A stretch of 64,000 bases of DNA from Candidatus Geohabitans tengchongensis (GTDB taxonomy: Bacteria; Sysuimicrobiota; Sysuimicrobiia; Sysuimicrobiales; Humicultoraceae). Shown one piece after another: positions 37,511 through 46,899 of this stretch (position 1 is the first letter of the stretch; each line of letters starts with the position of its first letter). Location of the stretch: NCBI GenBank assembly GCA_031459625.1, contig JAVKIH010000002.1, positions 266,338 to 330,337 on the forward strand, written 5' to 3'. A program made the translations under genes and the position numbers. The notes below the pieces were generated by a model. That model was not told where the DNA came from. It searched no databases and worked only from the letters and a program-made list of their open reading frames with translations.

Positions 37511-38575
37511 CTAGTGAGGAGTTCCACTCAACCGCCGCTTTACCTCGTCGATAACGGGGACCGGCATGGGGTCGACCCCCCGGAGCAGGGCCAGGTAGAC
37601 GCTGGTGAAGTCTCCCAGGAGGACCAGGGAGAGGAGGCGGCTCAGCCGCCCGTCGCCCCGGGCCACCACCTCCTCGACCGCCGCCGCGCCGGCAAACGCC
37701 ACCTCCCGGGTCGCCCCGATCCGCTGGCGCCGCTCGTCGGGCTCGTCGGGTTCGCGAAGGAGGACTACCACCGTCCGTCCCGCCGCCGCCCCGTCCGTCC
37801 AGCCCACCGTCTCGTTGTGGCTCGCCTCCGGGAACGCTCCCCAGTGGGCCAGGGTCTTCGCGTTCTCGTTGAACTGGCACTTCCACCGATAGGCCACCGC
37901 GCCGAGAGCCGACGAGGCCCCGTACACCGCCGGCGTGCGCTCCCCCAGGGTGGCGGCCAGCCGCTTGGCCGGGTTGCGCGCCAGCGGCACCTCCGGCCCC
38001 AGCTCCGCCGCCAGGTCCCGGAGCACCGCGGCGGCCTCGCGCCACTCCCCGCTCAACTCCCCCAGGTGGGTCAGCCGCCGCAGGGCGCTCACCATCGGCA
38101 GGAAGAGGTAAGGCAGCGCCGCGCGCGGCGGCAGGCCGGCGGGGACGCGCACCAGCGGGTCGCCGTGACGCTCCGCCTCGGCGGCCAGCGTGCCCCCGGA
38201 GGTGATGACGATGGCGGGCGCCCGAGCCGCCTTGGCCGCGCGGTAGGCGGCCAGCGTCTCCGCCGTCTCGCCGGAGTAGGAGCAGGCGAAGAGCAGGGTC
38301 TGCGGCCCCACCGCGGCCGGTAGCACGCTGTCCTTCACGACCACGACGGGCACGGGAAAGGTGGGCGCCAGCAGGGCGGCCAGCAGGTCCCCGCCCACGC
38401 CCGAACCGCCCATCCCCAGCACGGCCACGGCAGTGGACTCCAGCGCGGCCGGCAGGCGGAGCCGCATCCCCAACAGCCACGCCTCCTCCCCCATGGCCGG
38501 GAAGCGGGCCACGAGCCCCACCATGCCGCCGGGGTCGCGCCACCGGTAGGTCGCGGGGTCGTCCAGCGGGTGCAT
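37511..38575 (-). CDS. Bifunctional phosphoglucose/phosphomannose isomerase (SIS-domain PGI/PMI family)
   Basis: MHPLDDPATYRWRDPGGM... then SIS motifs (VLGMGGSGVGGDLL...ACSYSGETAETL...RWKCQFNENAK). The internal ATG is frame-verified. Confidence 0.8.
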   Translation of the reverse strand: MHPLDDPATYRWRDPGGMVGLVARFPAMGEEAWLLGMRLRLPAALESTAVAVLGMGGSGVGGDLLAALLAPTFPVPVVVVKDSVLPAAVGPQTLLFACSYSGETAETLAAYRAAKAARAPAIVITSGGTLAAEAERHGDPLVRVPAGLPPRAALPYLFLPMVSALRRLTHLGELSGEWREAAAVLRDLAAELGPEVPLARNPAKRLAATLGERTPAVYGASSALGAVAYRWKCQFNENAKTLAHWGAFPEASHNETVGWTDGAAAGRTVVVLLREPDEPDERRQRIGATREVAFAGAAAVEEVVARGDGRLSRLLSLVLLGDFTSVYLALLRGVDPMPVPVIDEVKRRLSGTPH

Positions 38576-38597
38576 GCCACCAGGTATTATAGGGACA

Positions 38598-38894
38598 ATG
38601 CCGAGCCACACCGAGGTGCGCCGCCTCCTGGACCTGCGCCGTCGTCTGCGCACGGCCCTGCCCCACCTCTCCCCGCGGCGGCGTGCCGCCCTCCTGCACG
38701 AGATCGCCGAGACCCGCCGCCGGCTCGTCCCCGGCGTCCACGACCCCTTCCCCGAGCTGACGCCGGGCGAGGTGCAGCGGGAGCTGCGCTGGATGATCAA
38801 CACCCTCTCGCTGACCGAGGCCGAGCTGGCGGTCCAGGCCCTGGAGCGGCTGCAGCGCCTCCCCGTCGGCCGGGTGGCGCGCGCGGCGCCGTGA
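38598..38894 (+). CDS. Small Arg-rich helical hypothetical protein (98 aa) immediately upstream of galE
   Basis: ATG with AGGGA 4 nt upstream and a TATTAT -10-like box about 15 nt upstream. It stops 10 nt before the galE GTG. No family recognised. Confidence 0.45.
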   Translation: MPSHTEVRRLLDLRRRLRTALPHLSPRRRAALLHEIAETRRRLVPGVHDPFPELTPGEVQRELRWMINTLSLTEAELAVQALERLQRLPVGRVARAAP

Positions 38895-38904
38895 CGGGCC
38901 CGGC

Positions 38905-39843
38905 GTGAAGGTCCTCGTCACCGGGGGAGCCGGCTTCATCGGTTCGCACGTCGTCGCGGCCTACCGGGCCGCCGGGCACGACGTGGCGGTGGTGGACACG
39001 CTGGTGACCGGCCGCGCCGAGCACCTCCCCGACGGGGTCCGGCTCTACCGCGTCGACATCACCGACCCGGGCCTCGACGAGGTCTTCGCGCGAGAACGGC
39101 CGGAGGTGGTCAACCACCACGCCGCCCGGGCCTCCGTCACCGCGTCGGTGCGCGACCCGGCCGCGGACGCCCGGGTGAACGTGCTGGGGACCATCAACGT
39201 CCTGGAGCAGGCCCGCCGCGCCGGGGTGCGCCGTTTCCTCTTCGCCTCCACCGGCGGAGCGCTGTACGGCGAGCCGGAGGCCATCCCGGTGGGGCTCGAC
39301 CACCCCGTCCGCCCCCTCAGCCCCTACGGCGCCGCCAAGGCCGCCGCCGAGACCTACGTGGCGCTGTACGAACGGCTCTTCGGCTTGCCGGCGGTGATCC
39401 TGCGCTACGCCAACGTCTACGGCCCGCACCAGGACCCGCATGGGGAAGCCGGGGTGGTGGCCATCTTCGCCGAAGCGATGCTGGCCGGCCGCGCCCCCAC
39501 CATCCACGGCGACGGGACGCAGACCCGCGACTTCGTCTACGTCGAAGATGTGGCCCGCCTCAACGTGCTCGTCACGGAGCGGGCGCTCGCAGGAGTCTTC
39601 CACGTGGCCACCGGGGTCGAGGTGAGGGTGAACGAGATCCACGAGCGCCTCGCCGCCCTCACCGGCTACGCCGGGGCGCCGCAGCACGGCCCGCCGCGGC
39701 CGGGCGAGGTCTACCGCATCGCCCTCGACCCGTCCGAGACGGTCCGGCGCCTGGGGTGGCGCGCCGCGGTCTCGCTGGAGGAGGGGTTGCGGCGCACGGT
39801 GGAGTGGTTCCGGGCGCGGGCTGCACCCGGCCATGCCCGGTGA
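38905..39843 (+). CDS. galE: NAD-dependent epimerase/dehydratase (UDP-glucose 4-epimerase-like)
   Basis: MKVLVTGGAGFIGSHVV (Rossmann GxxGxxG)...YGAAKAA (YxxxK catalytic dyad)... Confidence 0.85.
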   Translation: MKVLVTGGAGFIGSHVVAAYRAAGHDVAVVDTLVTGRAEHLPDGVRLYRVDITDPGLDEVFARERPEVVNHHAARASVTASVRDPAADARVNVLGTINVLEQARRAGVRRFLFASTGGALYGEPEAIPVGLDHPVRPLSPYGAAKAAAETYVALYERLFGLPAVILRYANVYGPHQDPHGEAGVVAIFAEAMLAGRAPTIHGDGTQTRDFVYVEDVARLNVLVTERALAGVFHVATGVEVRVNEIHERLAALTGYAGAPQHGPPRPGEVYRIALDPSETVRRLGWRAAVSLEEGLRRTVEWFRARAAPGHAR

Positions 39844-42001
39844 GACCGCCGACCTCGTCCGCCTCGCGGTCCACTGCGGCGTCCTGCCCGCCTACGTCGA
39901 CGCGTCCGGGCGTCGCCGCGTCGTCCCCCGCGAGACCCTCCTCCAGGTCCTGCGGATCCTGGGCGCTCCGCTCACGCGCGCGGCGGAGGCCTCCGAGGCG
40001 CTGCGCGCGGTCGGCAGCCAGGCGGCCGCGCGCCTGTGCGAACCCGTGCTCGTCGCCTGGGCAGGGCGGCTGCGGGTGACGGTGGCTGGCGATGGGGGCG
40101 GCAGGGCGGGCGGTGGGGGCGCGCGCGGTGGGGAGTGGCACCTCGAGCTCGAAGACGGTGGGCGGCTCGAGGGACGCGTGGAGGGAGGCCGGCCGCTGCT
40201 CCTGGAACACCTGCCCACCGGCTACCACCACCTCCGCCTGCAGGTCGGGCGGCGCCGGGGAGCGGCGCTCGTCATCGCCGCCCCCCGGCGCGTGTGGACC
40301 TTTCCACCGCAGACGCGCCTGTGGGGCGTCTTCGTCCCGCTGTACGCCCTGTGGTCCGCCCGCGAACCGGTGGCGCACGTCGGAGGGCTGGGGGCGGTCC
40401 TCGAGTGGGTGAACGGCCTCGGCGGAGGTGTCGTGGCCACCCTCCCGCTGCTGGCCGCCTTCCTCGACGAGCCCTTCGAGCCGAGCCCCTATGCACCGGT
40501 CAGCCGGCTCTGCTGGAACGAGCTGTACGTCGACGTCGCCCGCGCGCCGGAGCTGGCCGGGTGCGCCGAGGCGCAAGAGCACCTGCGCCGGCGGCGTCCT
40601 GCGACGGGGCGCCTCGTCGACCTCCCGGCGGAAATGGCGGCGCAGCGTGCGGTCCTGCAGGCACTGGCCCGGTGCGCCTTCGCCGACCCGAGCCGCCGCG
40701 AGATGCTGGAGGCGTGGGCGCGGGGCCACCCCGTCCTGGCCGATTACGCCCGCTTCCGCGCCGCCCTGGAGCGGCAGCGACGTCCCTGGCGGGAGTGGCC
40801 GGCGCCGCTGCGCGACGGCACCGTGCGGCCGGGCGACCACGACGAGGCCGCCTACCACACCTACCTCTACGCGCAGTGGCTGGCCGAGACCCAGATCGCC
40901 GCCCTGGCCCGCCGCGCCCGAGAGCGCGGCCCCGGCCTCTACCTCGACCTGCCGCTGGGCGTCCACCCGGACGGGTACGACGTCTGGCGGGAACGCGAGG
41001 TCTTCGCCGTGGGGGTCTCGGGCGGCGCGCCCCCGGATCCCTTCTTCACGCGCGGTCAGGTCTGGGGCTTCCCGCCGCTGCATCCGGTGCGGCTGCGCGC
41101 CCAAGGCTACCGGTACCTGGTGGCCGTGCTGCGCCACCACCTGCGCCATGCCGGGCTGCTGCGCATCGACCACGTCATGGCCCTGCACCGCCTCTTCTGG
41201 GTGCCCGAAGGGATGGAGGCGCGCGACGGAGCCTACGTGCGCTACCCGGCCGAGGAGTTGTACGCGCTGCTCTCGGTGGAGTCGCACCGCCACCGCGTCG
41301 CCATTGCGGGTGAGGACCTGGGGACGGTCCCGGGCTACATCCGGAGGGCGATGCGGCGCCACGGCCTGTACGGGATGTACGTGGCGCAGTACGAGGCCCG
41401 GCCTGCAACGCCGCCTCTGCCGCCCGTCCCGCCGCACGCCCTGGCCGGCGTGAACACCCACGACATGCCGACCTTTGCGGCGTTCTGGGCCGGACGGGAC
41501 ATCGCCGACCGGCAGGCCCTCGGGCTGCTCGACGCCGAGGGGGTGCGGCGGGAGCGCGAGCGGCGGGAGGCGCTGCGCCGGCACCTGGTGGCCTTCCTCC
41601 GCCGCGGCGGCTGGCTCGGGGCGGCGCCGGCGCGTCAGGCCTGGAAGGCAGGCGGGGGCACGGTGGACAGGGCCCGGACGGTGCTCCACGGAGTGCTGCG
41701 GTGGCTGGCCGCCTCCCCGGCGCACCTCCTCCTGGTCACGCTGGAGGACCTGTGGCTGGAGCGGGACCCGCAGAACGTCCCGGGGACGGGCCCGGAGCGC
41801 CCCAACTGGCGGCGCCGGCTGCGCTATCCGGCGGAGCGGTTCACGCGGCTGCCGTCGGTCGTGGCGATCCTGCAGGAGATCGACCGGATGCGCCGTGCCG
41901 CGCGCGACGTGGACGCCCGCCCGGTCATTCGCCGATGGACGGCGGCGGCCCCAGCGGAGGCGGGGTCACCTCGCCGGGCCGGTAGGGGAGAGTCCCCTTG
42001 A
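39833..42001 (+). CDS. malQ: 4-alpha-glucanotransferase (amylomaltase, GH77); the true 3' end is possibly earlier than the ORF-track stop
   Basis: GH77 core motifs (…LWGVFVPLYALWS…, …YLDLPLGVHPDGYDVWRE…, …LLRIDHVMALHRLFWVP…, …IAGEDLGTVP…). The ORF tail overlaps a convergent minus-strand ORF. Confidence 0.85.
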   Translation: MPGETADLVRLAVHCGVLPAYVDASGRRRVVPRETLLQVLRILGAPLTRAAEASEALRAVGSQAAARLCEPVLVAWAGRLRVTVAGDGGGRAGGGGARGGEWHLELEDGGRLEGRVEGGRPLLLEHLPTGYHHLRLQVGRRRGAALVIAAPRRVWTFPPQTRLWGVFVPLYALWSAREPVAHVGGLGAVLEWVNGLGGGVVATLPLLAAFLDEPFEPSPYAPVSRLCWNELYVDVARAPELAGCAEAQEHLRRRRPATGRLVDLPAEMAAQRAVLQALARCAFADPSRREMLEAWARGHPVLADYARFRAALERQRRPWREWPAPLRDGTVRPGDHDEAAYHTYLYAQWLAETQIAALARRARERGPGLYLDLPLGVHPDGYDVWREREVFAVGVSGGAPPDPFFTRGQVWGFPPLHPVRLRAQGYRYLVAVLRHHLRHAGLLRIDHVMALHRLFWVPEGMEARDGAYVRYPAEELYALLSVESHRHRVAIAGEDLGTVPGYIRRAMRRHGLYGMYVAQYEARPATPPLPPVPPHALAGVNTHDMPTFAAFWAGRDIADRQALGLLDAEGVRRERERREALRRHLVAFLRRGGWLGAAPARQAWKAGGGTVDRARTVLHGVLRWLAASPAHLLLVTLEDLWLERDPQNVPGTGPERPNWRRRLRYPAERFTRLPSVVAILQEIDRMRRAARDVDARPVIRRWTAAAPAEAGSPRRAGRGESP

Positions 42002-42506
42002 AGACGGCGATGGCCTGGATCAGCGCCGTCTGATTGTCGCCGTACACGACGCGGAAGGCGATACCGAGCCCCGTGTAGCGCAGCCACTCGCCGCGGACGT
42101 CCCCGGCAGGGCTGGCGAGGACCTGGTCGGGACGGCCGTAGGCGCGCCAGACCAGCAGCGGGGTGATACCGACGGTGACGAGCTCGGGCGTCTTGTAGGC
42201 GCCGCCGCAGTTCGTCTCCAGTCGGTCGGCCACCCGGGCGGCGAAGAAGACGCGCACGACGCAGCCCAGCCGCAGGGGGACCGCGGCCACCTGCGCCATG
42301 GTCATCCCCAGCCGATAGGGACCGATGCGCTGACCGGGGATGATCCAGGAATCCCCGGCGGGTCCTCCCGAAGTACTCGTCCCGGGCGCGCTCCCTGGAG
42401 CCGGCGCTGCGCCCGCAGCTGCAGGCGCCACTGCAGGCATCATGAGGAAGCTCGCCGCCAGCACGGCGACGAGCCGGGCTGCGCGGCCGCGCCTCCACAC
42501 CGGCAT
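41925..42506 (-). CDS. Hypothetical secreted protein (193 aa, signal peptide MPVWRRGRAARLVAVLAASFLMMPAVAPAAAGAA)
   Basis: Non-repetitive, globular-looking sequence after the signal peptide. It is divergent from the MFS gene. No SD. Lower confidence because it overlaps the malQ tail. Confidence 0.4.
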   Translation of the reverse strand: MPVWRRGRAARLVAVLAASFLMMPAVAPAAAGAAPAPGSAPGTSTSGGPAGDSWIIPGQRIGPYRLGMTMAQVAAVPLRLGCVVRVFFAARVADRLETNCGGAYKTPELVTVGITPLLVWRAYGRPDQVLASPAGDVRGEWLRYTGLGIAFRVVYGDNQTALIQAIAVFKGTLPYRPGEVTPPPLGPPPSIGE

Positions 42507-42522
42507 CCCGGAGGAATCCACG

Positions 42523-43803
42523 GTGCACCCGTTCTCCGCCCAGTCGTCCTCCCCTGCCGTCCAGCGGCCCGCCGGTCGGGCGCCCTGGGGGTGGCTCGCC
42601 CTCCTCTGCGCGGCCGAGCTGGGGACGATGGTCACCTTCGCCAGCTACACCGCAGCCCAGCCGCTGCTGCAGCAGGCCTGGGGGCTGAACGCCGCCCAGG
42701 CGGGAGCGATCTTTGCCGCGCAGCAGGCCGGGTACACGGTCGCGGTGGTGGCGCTCAGCTCGCTCACCGACGTGGCGGGGGTCCGACGCGTCTACCTGGC
42801 CTCGGCTGCCTGGAACGCCGTGGCCGCGGCGCTCTTCAGTCTGGGGGCTTCGGGGTTCCCCTCGGCGCTGTTCCTGCGCGCGCTGGTCGGCGTCGGGCTG
42901 GCCGGCACCTACATGCCCGGCATGCGTCTGGTGGCGGAGACCTTCCCCCCACACCGCCGCGCCACGGCGCTCGGCCTCTACGTCGCCTGCTTCGGCGCGG
43001 GGACGGGTCTGTCGCTCTTCGTCTCCGGCGTGCTGCTGCCGCTCGGGGTGCGCCGGATGCTCCTCCTCACCGCCCTGGGTCCCGCCCTCGCGCTGCTGCT
43101 GGCCTGGGGGGCGGTGCGCGACCCGGTGCGGGGGGTCTCGCCGCGGCGCCCGCCCTTCCGCGCGGCGCTGCGCAACGCGGCGGCGCTGCGCTACATCGGA
43201 GCGTATGCCGCCCACAACTGGGAGCTGTTCGGGATGCGCGCCTGGATCCCCGTCTACCTGGCGGCGCTGTGGACAGCGCAGGGCCTTCCGCTGCCCGATG
43301 CCTCCCGACTGGCCACATCGGTAGGCAGCGCGGTGCTGCTGGCGGGTGCCATCAGCAACGCCGCGGGCGGCTGGGTGGGCGACCGGCTGGGCCGGCAGGC
43401 CACCGTCGTCCTGATCCTCTCCGCCTCGGCGGCCTGCTCGGCGGTGATCGGCTGGTTGCTGCCGCTCGGTCCGCGCGTCGTCCTGCCCGTGGCCGTCGTC
43501 TACGGGCTGCTGGTCACGGCCGAGTCTTCGACGCTCTCCAGCGCGGTGGCGGAGCACGCCCCGGTGGGGGCGCTCGGCACCACCATGGCGGTGCAGTCCT
43601 CGCTGGGGTTCATCGCCACGATCCTCGGGCCGGCGCTCTTCGGCCTCCTGCTCGACCGCACAGGGTGGGGGTGGGCCTTCCTCTCGCTGGCTGTCCCCCC
43701 GCTCCTGGGCGCGGCGCTGGTCGGCGCGGCCCGCCCATCCCGAGGACCGGCCGCCGCAGCTCGGCCCGGCCCAGGCCGACCCGACGCGGCGCGATCGCAC
43801 TAG
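42523..43803 (+). CDS. MFS transporter
   Basis: GTG start 8 nt after GGAGG. 12-TM profile (…LALLCAAELGTMVTFASY…GLYVACFGAGTGLSLF…). Confidence 0.8.
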   Translation: MHPFSAQSSSPAVQRPAGRAPWGWLALLCAAELGTMVTFASYTAAQPLLQQAWGLNAAQAGAIFAAQQAGYTVAVVALSSLTDVAGVRRVYLASAAWNAVAAALFSLGASGFPSALFLRALVGVGLAGTYMPGMRLVAETFPPHRRATALGLYVACFGAGTGLSLFVSGVLLPLGVRRMLLLTALGPALALLLAWGAVRDPVRGVSPRRPPFRAALRNAAALRYIGAYAAHNWELFGMRAWIPVYLAALWTAQGLPLPDASRLATSVGSAVLLAGAISNAAGGWVGDRLGRQATVVLILSASAACSAVIGWLLPLGPRVVLPVAVVYGLLVTAESSTLSSAVAEHAPVGALGTTMAVQSSLGFIATILGPALFGLLLDRTGWGWAFLSLAVPPLLGAALVGAARPSRGPAAAARPGPGRPDAARSH

Positions 43804-43939
43804 TTTAGTTAGCTCAGAGGCCGCTGCATGAGAACCCATCGAACGAGGCCATGTTGAGGAGCACGTCGTCCACGACAGCAGCGAGGTAGGTTACTGATAG
43901 ATTCGCTATCGGTCCGCGGCAGGCGCTCCTGACCATTCG

Positions 43940-44230
43940 CTACGATTGAAGTCTCCGCACAACCCTCCGGAATTCCCGTCGCCATTCAGCAAGCGACCGG
44001 CGGGATCCGGCCATCTCACTGAGGAGGTCGTCGAGGAACCACTGTCGCGTAACTCGATGGCGTGGAAAGTCAATCCCCACAGCCTTGATTGAATAGTAAT
44101 CAGAATAGTCTAGGAAGACGTAGCCGAGTAGTTGCCATAGATGTTCCTGCTTCACTGGTCGTTGCATCCTGGTGCGAAGTGTGGTAACGAGCTGTGGGCA
44201 GAGGACATGCTCCCTTTTCGTAAGTGACAT
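43940..44230 (-). CDS. Orphan hypothetical protein (96 aa) inside a ~500-bp low-GC islet
   Basis: MSLTKREHVLCPQLVTTLRTRMQRPVKQEHLWQLLGYVFLDYSDYYSIKAVGIDFPRHRVTRQWFLDDLLSEM...; codon usage and GC content (~52%) are atypical for this genome. No SD and no family recognised. Confidence 0.35.
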   Translation of the reverse strand: MSLTKREHVLCPQLVTTLRTRMQRPVKQEHLWQLLGYVFLDYSDYYSIKAVGIDFPRHRVTRQWFLDDLLSEMAGSRRSLAEWRREFRRVVRRLQS

Positions 44231-44425
44231 GACCGGTCTCGACTCGTAAATCAGACAGCCCCGGGGCTCATTCTTGTCTATCTACCCGCTCTCGGTTCAG
44301 CACCGTGGGATGTCCCAGTACTTCCAGCCGTCGACGTTGAGCCACCGGTACCGCCACCCGCCCCAGGTGCCCCAGGAGCCGTACACGCCGGCGTCTGCCG
44401 CCCGGAGCGTCTGGGGAGGAAGCGC

Positions 44426-46855
44426 TCACCCTGCCCGGATCTTCAGGGTCTCGCCGAGCGCGCGGAAGGCGGCGGTCCACCGCTCGGCCTCCTCGGGGGG
44501 CAGGTGCTCGCTAATCCGCGGGGCGACGCTCTGCAGCAGCTCGTAGTAGCGGTTCTGGGTCTGCCAGAGGTTGATGAAGCAGGGGAGGCGGACGAAGAGG
44601 GCCGCGGTGTCGGCGACCCGGGCGAGCGCCTCCAGGTCGGCCGGGGAGTGGCGCAGGGCGTCCACAAGCGCCTCCAGCGTGCGCTGCGCGGCGAAGCCCA
44701 GCTCCCCGGCGTGCTCGGCGCTCCCGTCCAGCGACACCCCCCACGCCTGGGCCTCCCGCACCAGCGTCTCGATGCGCCCCAGGTCCGGCGGCACCTGGGC
44801 GAGGGCACGGGCCAGGTCGCGCCGCAGGACGAAGTGCAGGGCGGTGCGCAGCGCATCGGGCAGCGGGGTGTGGAGGTCGCGCAGGAAGGCCATGAGTGGG
44901 GCGTGCTGCTCGTAGATGCGCCGGTAGTGGCCTTCGGCGTCCTCCAGCGTGGCGTCGAGGACCTGCTCCAGCACCTTCCGCCGCTCGTCCTTGAAGAGGT
45001 GGCGCAGCCCGTAGGTGCCTTTCGGGAAGGCCTGGTCGATCTGCCGGATGACCTCCGGCAGGTCGCCGCGGGCGAAGGCGGCGCGCAGGGCGGTGAAGGC
45101 CTCCGCCGTGGCCTCCTCCGGGGCGGAGCCGACCCCGCCGTGCACGTTGTGGTCGCCCAGGTGCAGCACCGCGTAGGCCAGGGTCTGCGCCTCCCAGGTG
45201 ATCTCCGAGATCACGCGCACGCGCCCCACCGCCAGGCGGGCGCGGCCCGCCGTCTCCACCTGCCGGTCCTCCTGCTCCACGGTGAAGGCGGCGATGCGGG
45301 CGCGGGGCGGGTACTCCTGGAAGAGCGCGCTCACGGCGAAGTGGGCCACCACCTGGGGCAGGTCCACCTGCGCCGGGGCGACGAAGCGGCGGTAGACCTC
45401 GCGGCCGTCCCCCAGTTCGGGGAGGTTGCTGCGGGCCGCGGCCAGCCGCTCCAGGAAGGGCTCCTCCAGGTGCAGGTCGAGCACGTCGGCGGCGAGCTGC
45501 AGGGCCCGGGCGGCATACTGCAGCACCTGAGTCGTCTCGATCCCCGACAGCTCGTCGAAGAACCAGCCGCAGCTCGTGTACATCAGCATGGCGTGGCGCT
45601 GCAGCTCGAGGAGCTTGAGGGCCCGCACCTGCGCGGCGTGGTCGAGGGGGGCGCGGGCGTGGCGGGCGAAAAAGGCCTCCACGCTGCGCGGCGAGCGGTC
45701 CAGGATCACGCTGATGTAGTCGTCGCGCGCGGCCCAGGGGTCGCGCAGGAGCGCCCCGGCCGCCTCGGCGTAGTGCGGGGCCAGCGCGTCGCGCAGCCAG
45801 TCGAGCGCGTCCCGCAGCGGGCGCCGCCACGCCTGGGTCCACCCCGGGTGCATCCCCGTGTTGCAGCCGCAGTCGCTGCGCCACCGTTCCACCCCGTGGG
45901 CGCAGCTCCAGGAAGTGTGCTCCACGATCTCCACCTGGTGCTCGGGCGGGTGGGTGGCCAGGTAGGCGGCGTAGTTGGTCAGGCGCGCCCACCCCTGCTC
46001 CCGGATGAGGTGGAGGGCGTAAGCCAGGGCCATGTCGCCGAAGCGGTGGTGGTGGCCGTAGGTCTCGCCGTCGGTGGCGATGTGGGCCAGCTGGCCCCCC
46101 GGGCGAGTGTCGTTGAAGATGCTCAGCAGGCGCTGCGCGAAGGCCTCGCCGCTGCTGAGCAGCCGCTCGAAGGCCACCGCCCGCGAGACCGGCCCGTCGT
46201 AGAAGAAGAGGACGATGCGCCCGCCCCCCGGCAGGCGGCACTCGTAGGGCCGCGTGGGGTCGATGCGCCCGCCGCTCACGTCGCGCCAGGGCCGCCCGAG
46301 GCGGCGGACGCGCCGCGCCTGGTGCGGGGCCAGGATGGTGAAGCGGATGCCCTCGGCGGCCATGAGCTCGAGGCTCTCCAGGTCGACGGCCGTCTCGGGG
46401 AGCCACATCCCCTCGGGCCGCCGGCCGAAGCGGTGCTCGAAGTCGCGGATGCCCCAGCGGATCTGCGTGGCCTTGTCCCGCCGGGTGGCGAGCGGAAGGA
46501 TCATGTGGTTGTACGCCTGGGCCAGGGCCGAGCCGTGGCCATCGAAGCGCTCGGCGCTCACGCGGTCCGCCTCCAGGATGGCGGCGTAGACCTCGGGCGC
46601 CGCCGTCTCCATCCAGGCCAGCAGGGTAGGACCGATGTTGAAGGAGATGCTGGCGTAGTTGTTCACGATGGCGCGGATGTACCCCTGGCCGTCGAGGATG
46701 CGGGAGGCGGCGTTGGGGGCGTAGCACTCCGCGGTGATGCGCTCGTTCCAGTCGTGGTAGGGCGCGGCGGAGTCCTGCAGCTCGATGGTCTCGAGCCAGG
46801 CGTTCTCCCGCGGCGGCTGGTAGAAGTGGCCGTGCACGCAGAGGAACCGCTCCAT
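44426..46855 (-). CDS. Glycoside hydrolase family 57 protein (GH57 alpha-glucan branching/amylase-like) with a DUF3536-type C-terminal domain
   Basis: N-terminal GH57 motifs (VHGHFYQPPRENAW…, …ATDGETYGHHH…, …EHTSWSCAHGVERW…) followed by a ~350-aa helical C-terminal domain. Confidence 0.85.
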   Translation of the reverse strand: MERFLCVHGHFYQPPRENAWLETIELQDSAAPYHDWNERITAECYAPNAASRILDGQGYIRAIVNNYASISFNIGPTLLAWMETAAPEVYAAILEADRVSAERFDGHGSALAQAYNHMILPLATRRDKATQIRWGIRDFEHRFGRRPEGMWLPETAVDLESLELMAAEGIRFTILAPHQARRVRRLGRPWRDVSGGRIDPTRPYECRLPGGGRIVLFFYDGPVSRAVAFERLLSSGEAFAQRLLSIFNDTRPGGQLAHIATDGETYGHHHRFGDMALAYALHLIREQGWARLTNYAAYLATHPPEHQVEIVEHTSWSCAHGVERWRSDCGCNTGMHPGWTQAWRRPLRDALDWLRDALAPHYAEAAGALLRDPWAARDDYISVILDRSPRSVEAFFARHARAPLDHAAQVRALKLLELQRHAMLMYTSCGWFFDELSGIETTQVLQYAARALQLAADVLDLHLEEPFLERLAAARSNLPELGDGREVYRRFVAPAQVDLPQVVAHFAVSALFQEYPPRARIAAFTVEQEDRQVETAGRARLAVGRVRVISEITWEAQTLAYAVLHLGDHNVHGGVGSAPEEATAEAFTALRAAFARGDLPEVIRQIDQAFPKGTYGLRHLFKDERRKVLEQVLDATLEDAEGHYRRIYEQHAPLMAFLRDLHTPLPDALRTALHFVLRRDLARALAQVPPDLGRIETLVREAQAWGVSLDGSAEHAGELGFAAQRTLEALVDALRHSPADLEALARVADTAALFVRLPCFINLWQTQNRYYELLQSVAPRISEHLPPEEAERWTAAFRALGETLKIRAG

Positions 46856-46899
46856 GCTCTACTCCTGCACCGCCTCCCCGCGTGAGGGGCCGGCTCGCC

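Noticed and set aside
43808-43840. tRNA-like fragment ttagctcagagg (D-loop-like) at the start of the low-GC islet
   Set aside because: No acceptor stem, anticodon arm or T-arm can be built, so it is not a tRNA gene. It is conceivably a remnant of an integration site but unsupported.
44297-44386. Trp-rich 29-codon mini-ORF (GTG…YGSWGTWGGWRYRWLNVDGWKYWDIPRC) 40 nt downstream of the GH57 stop
   Set aside because: No SD, GTG start, and TGG-rich frames are expected by chance at this GC content. It is too short to evaluate; kept only as a curiosity (possible RiPP-like precursor).
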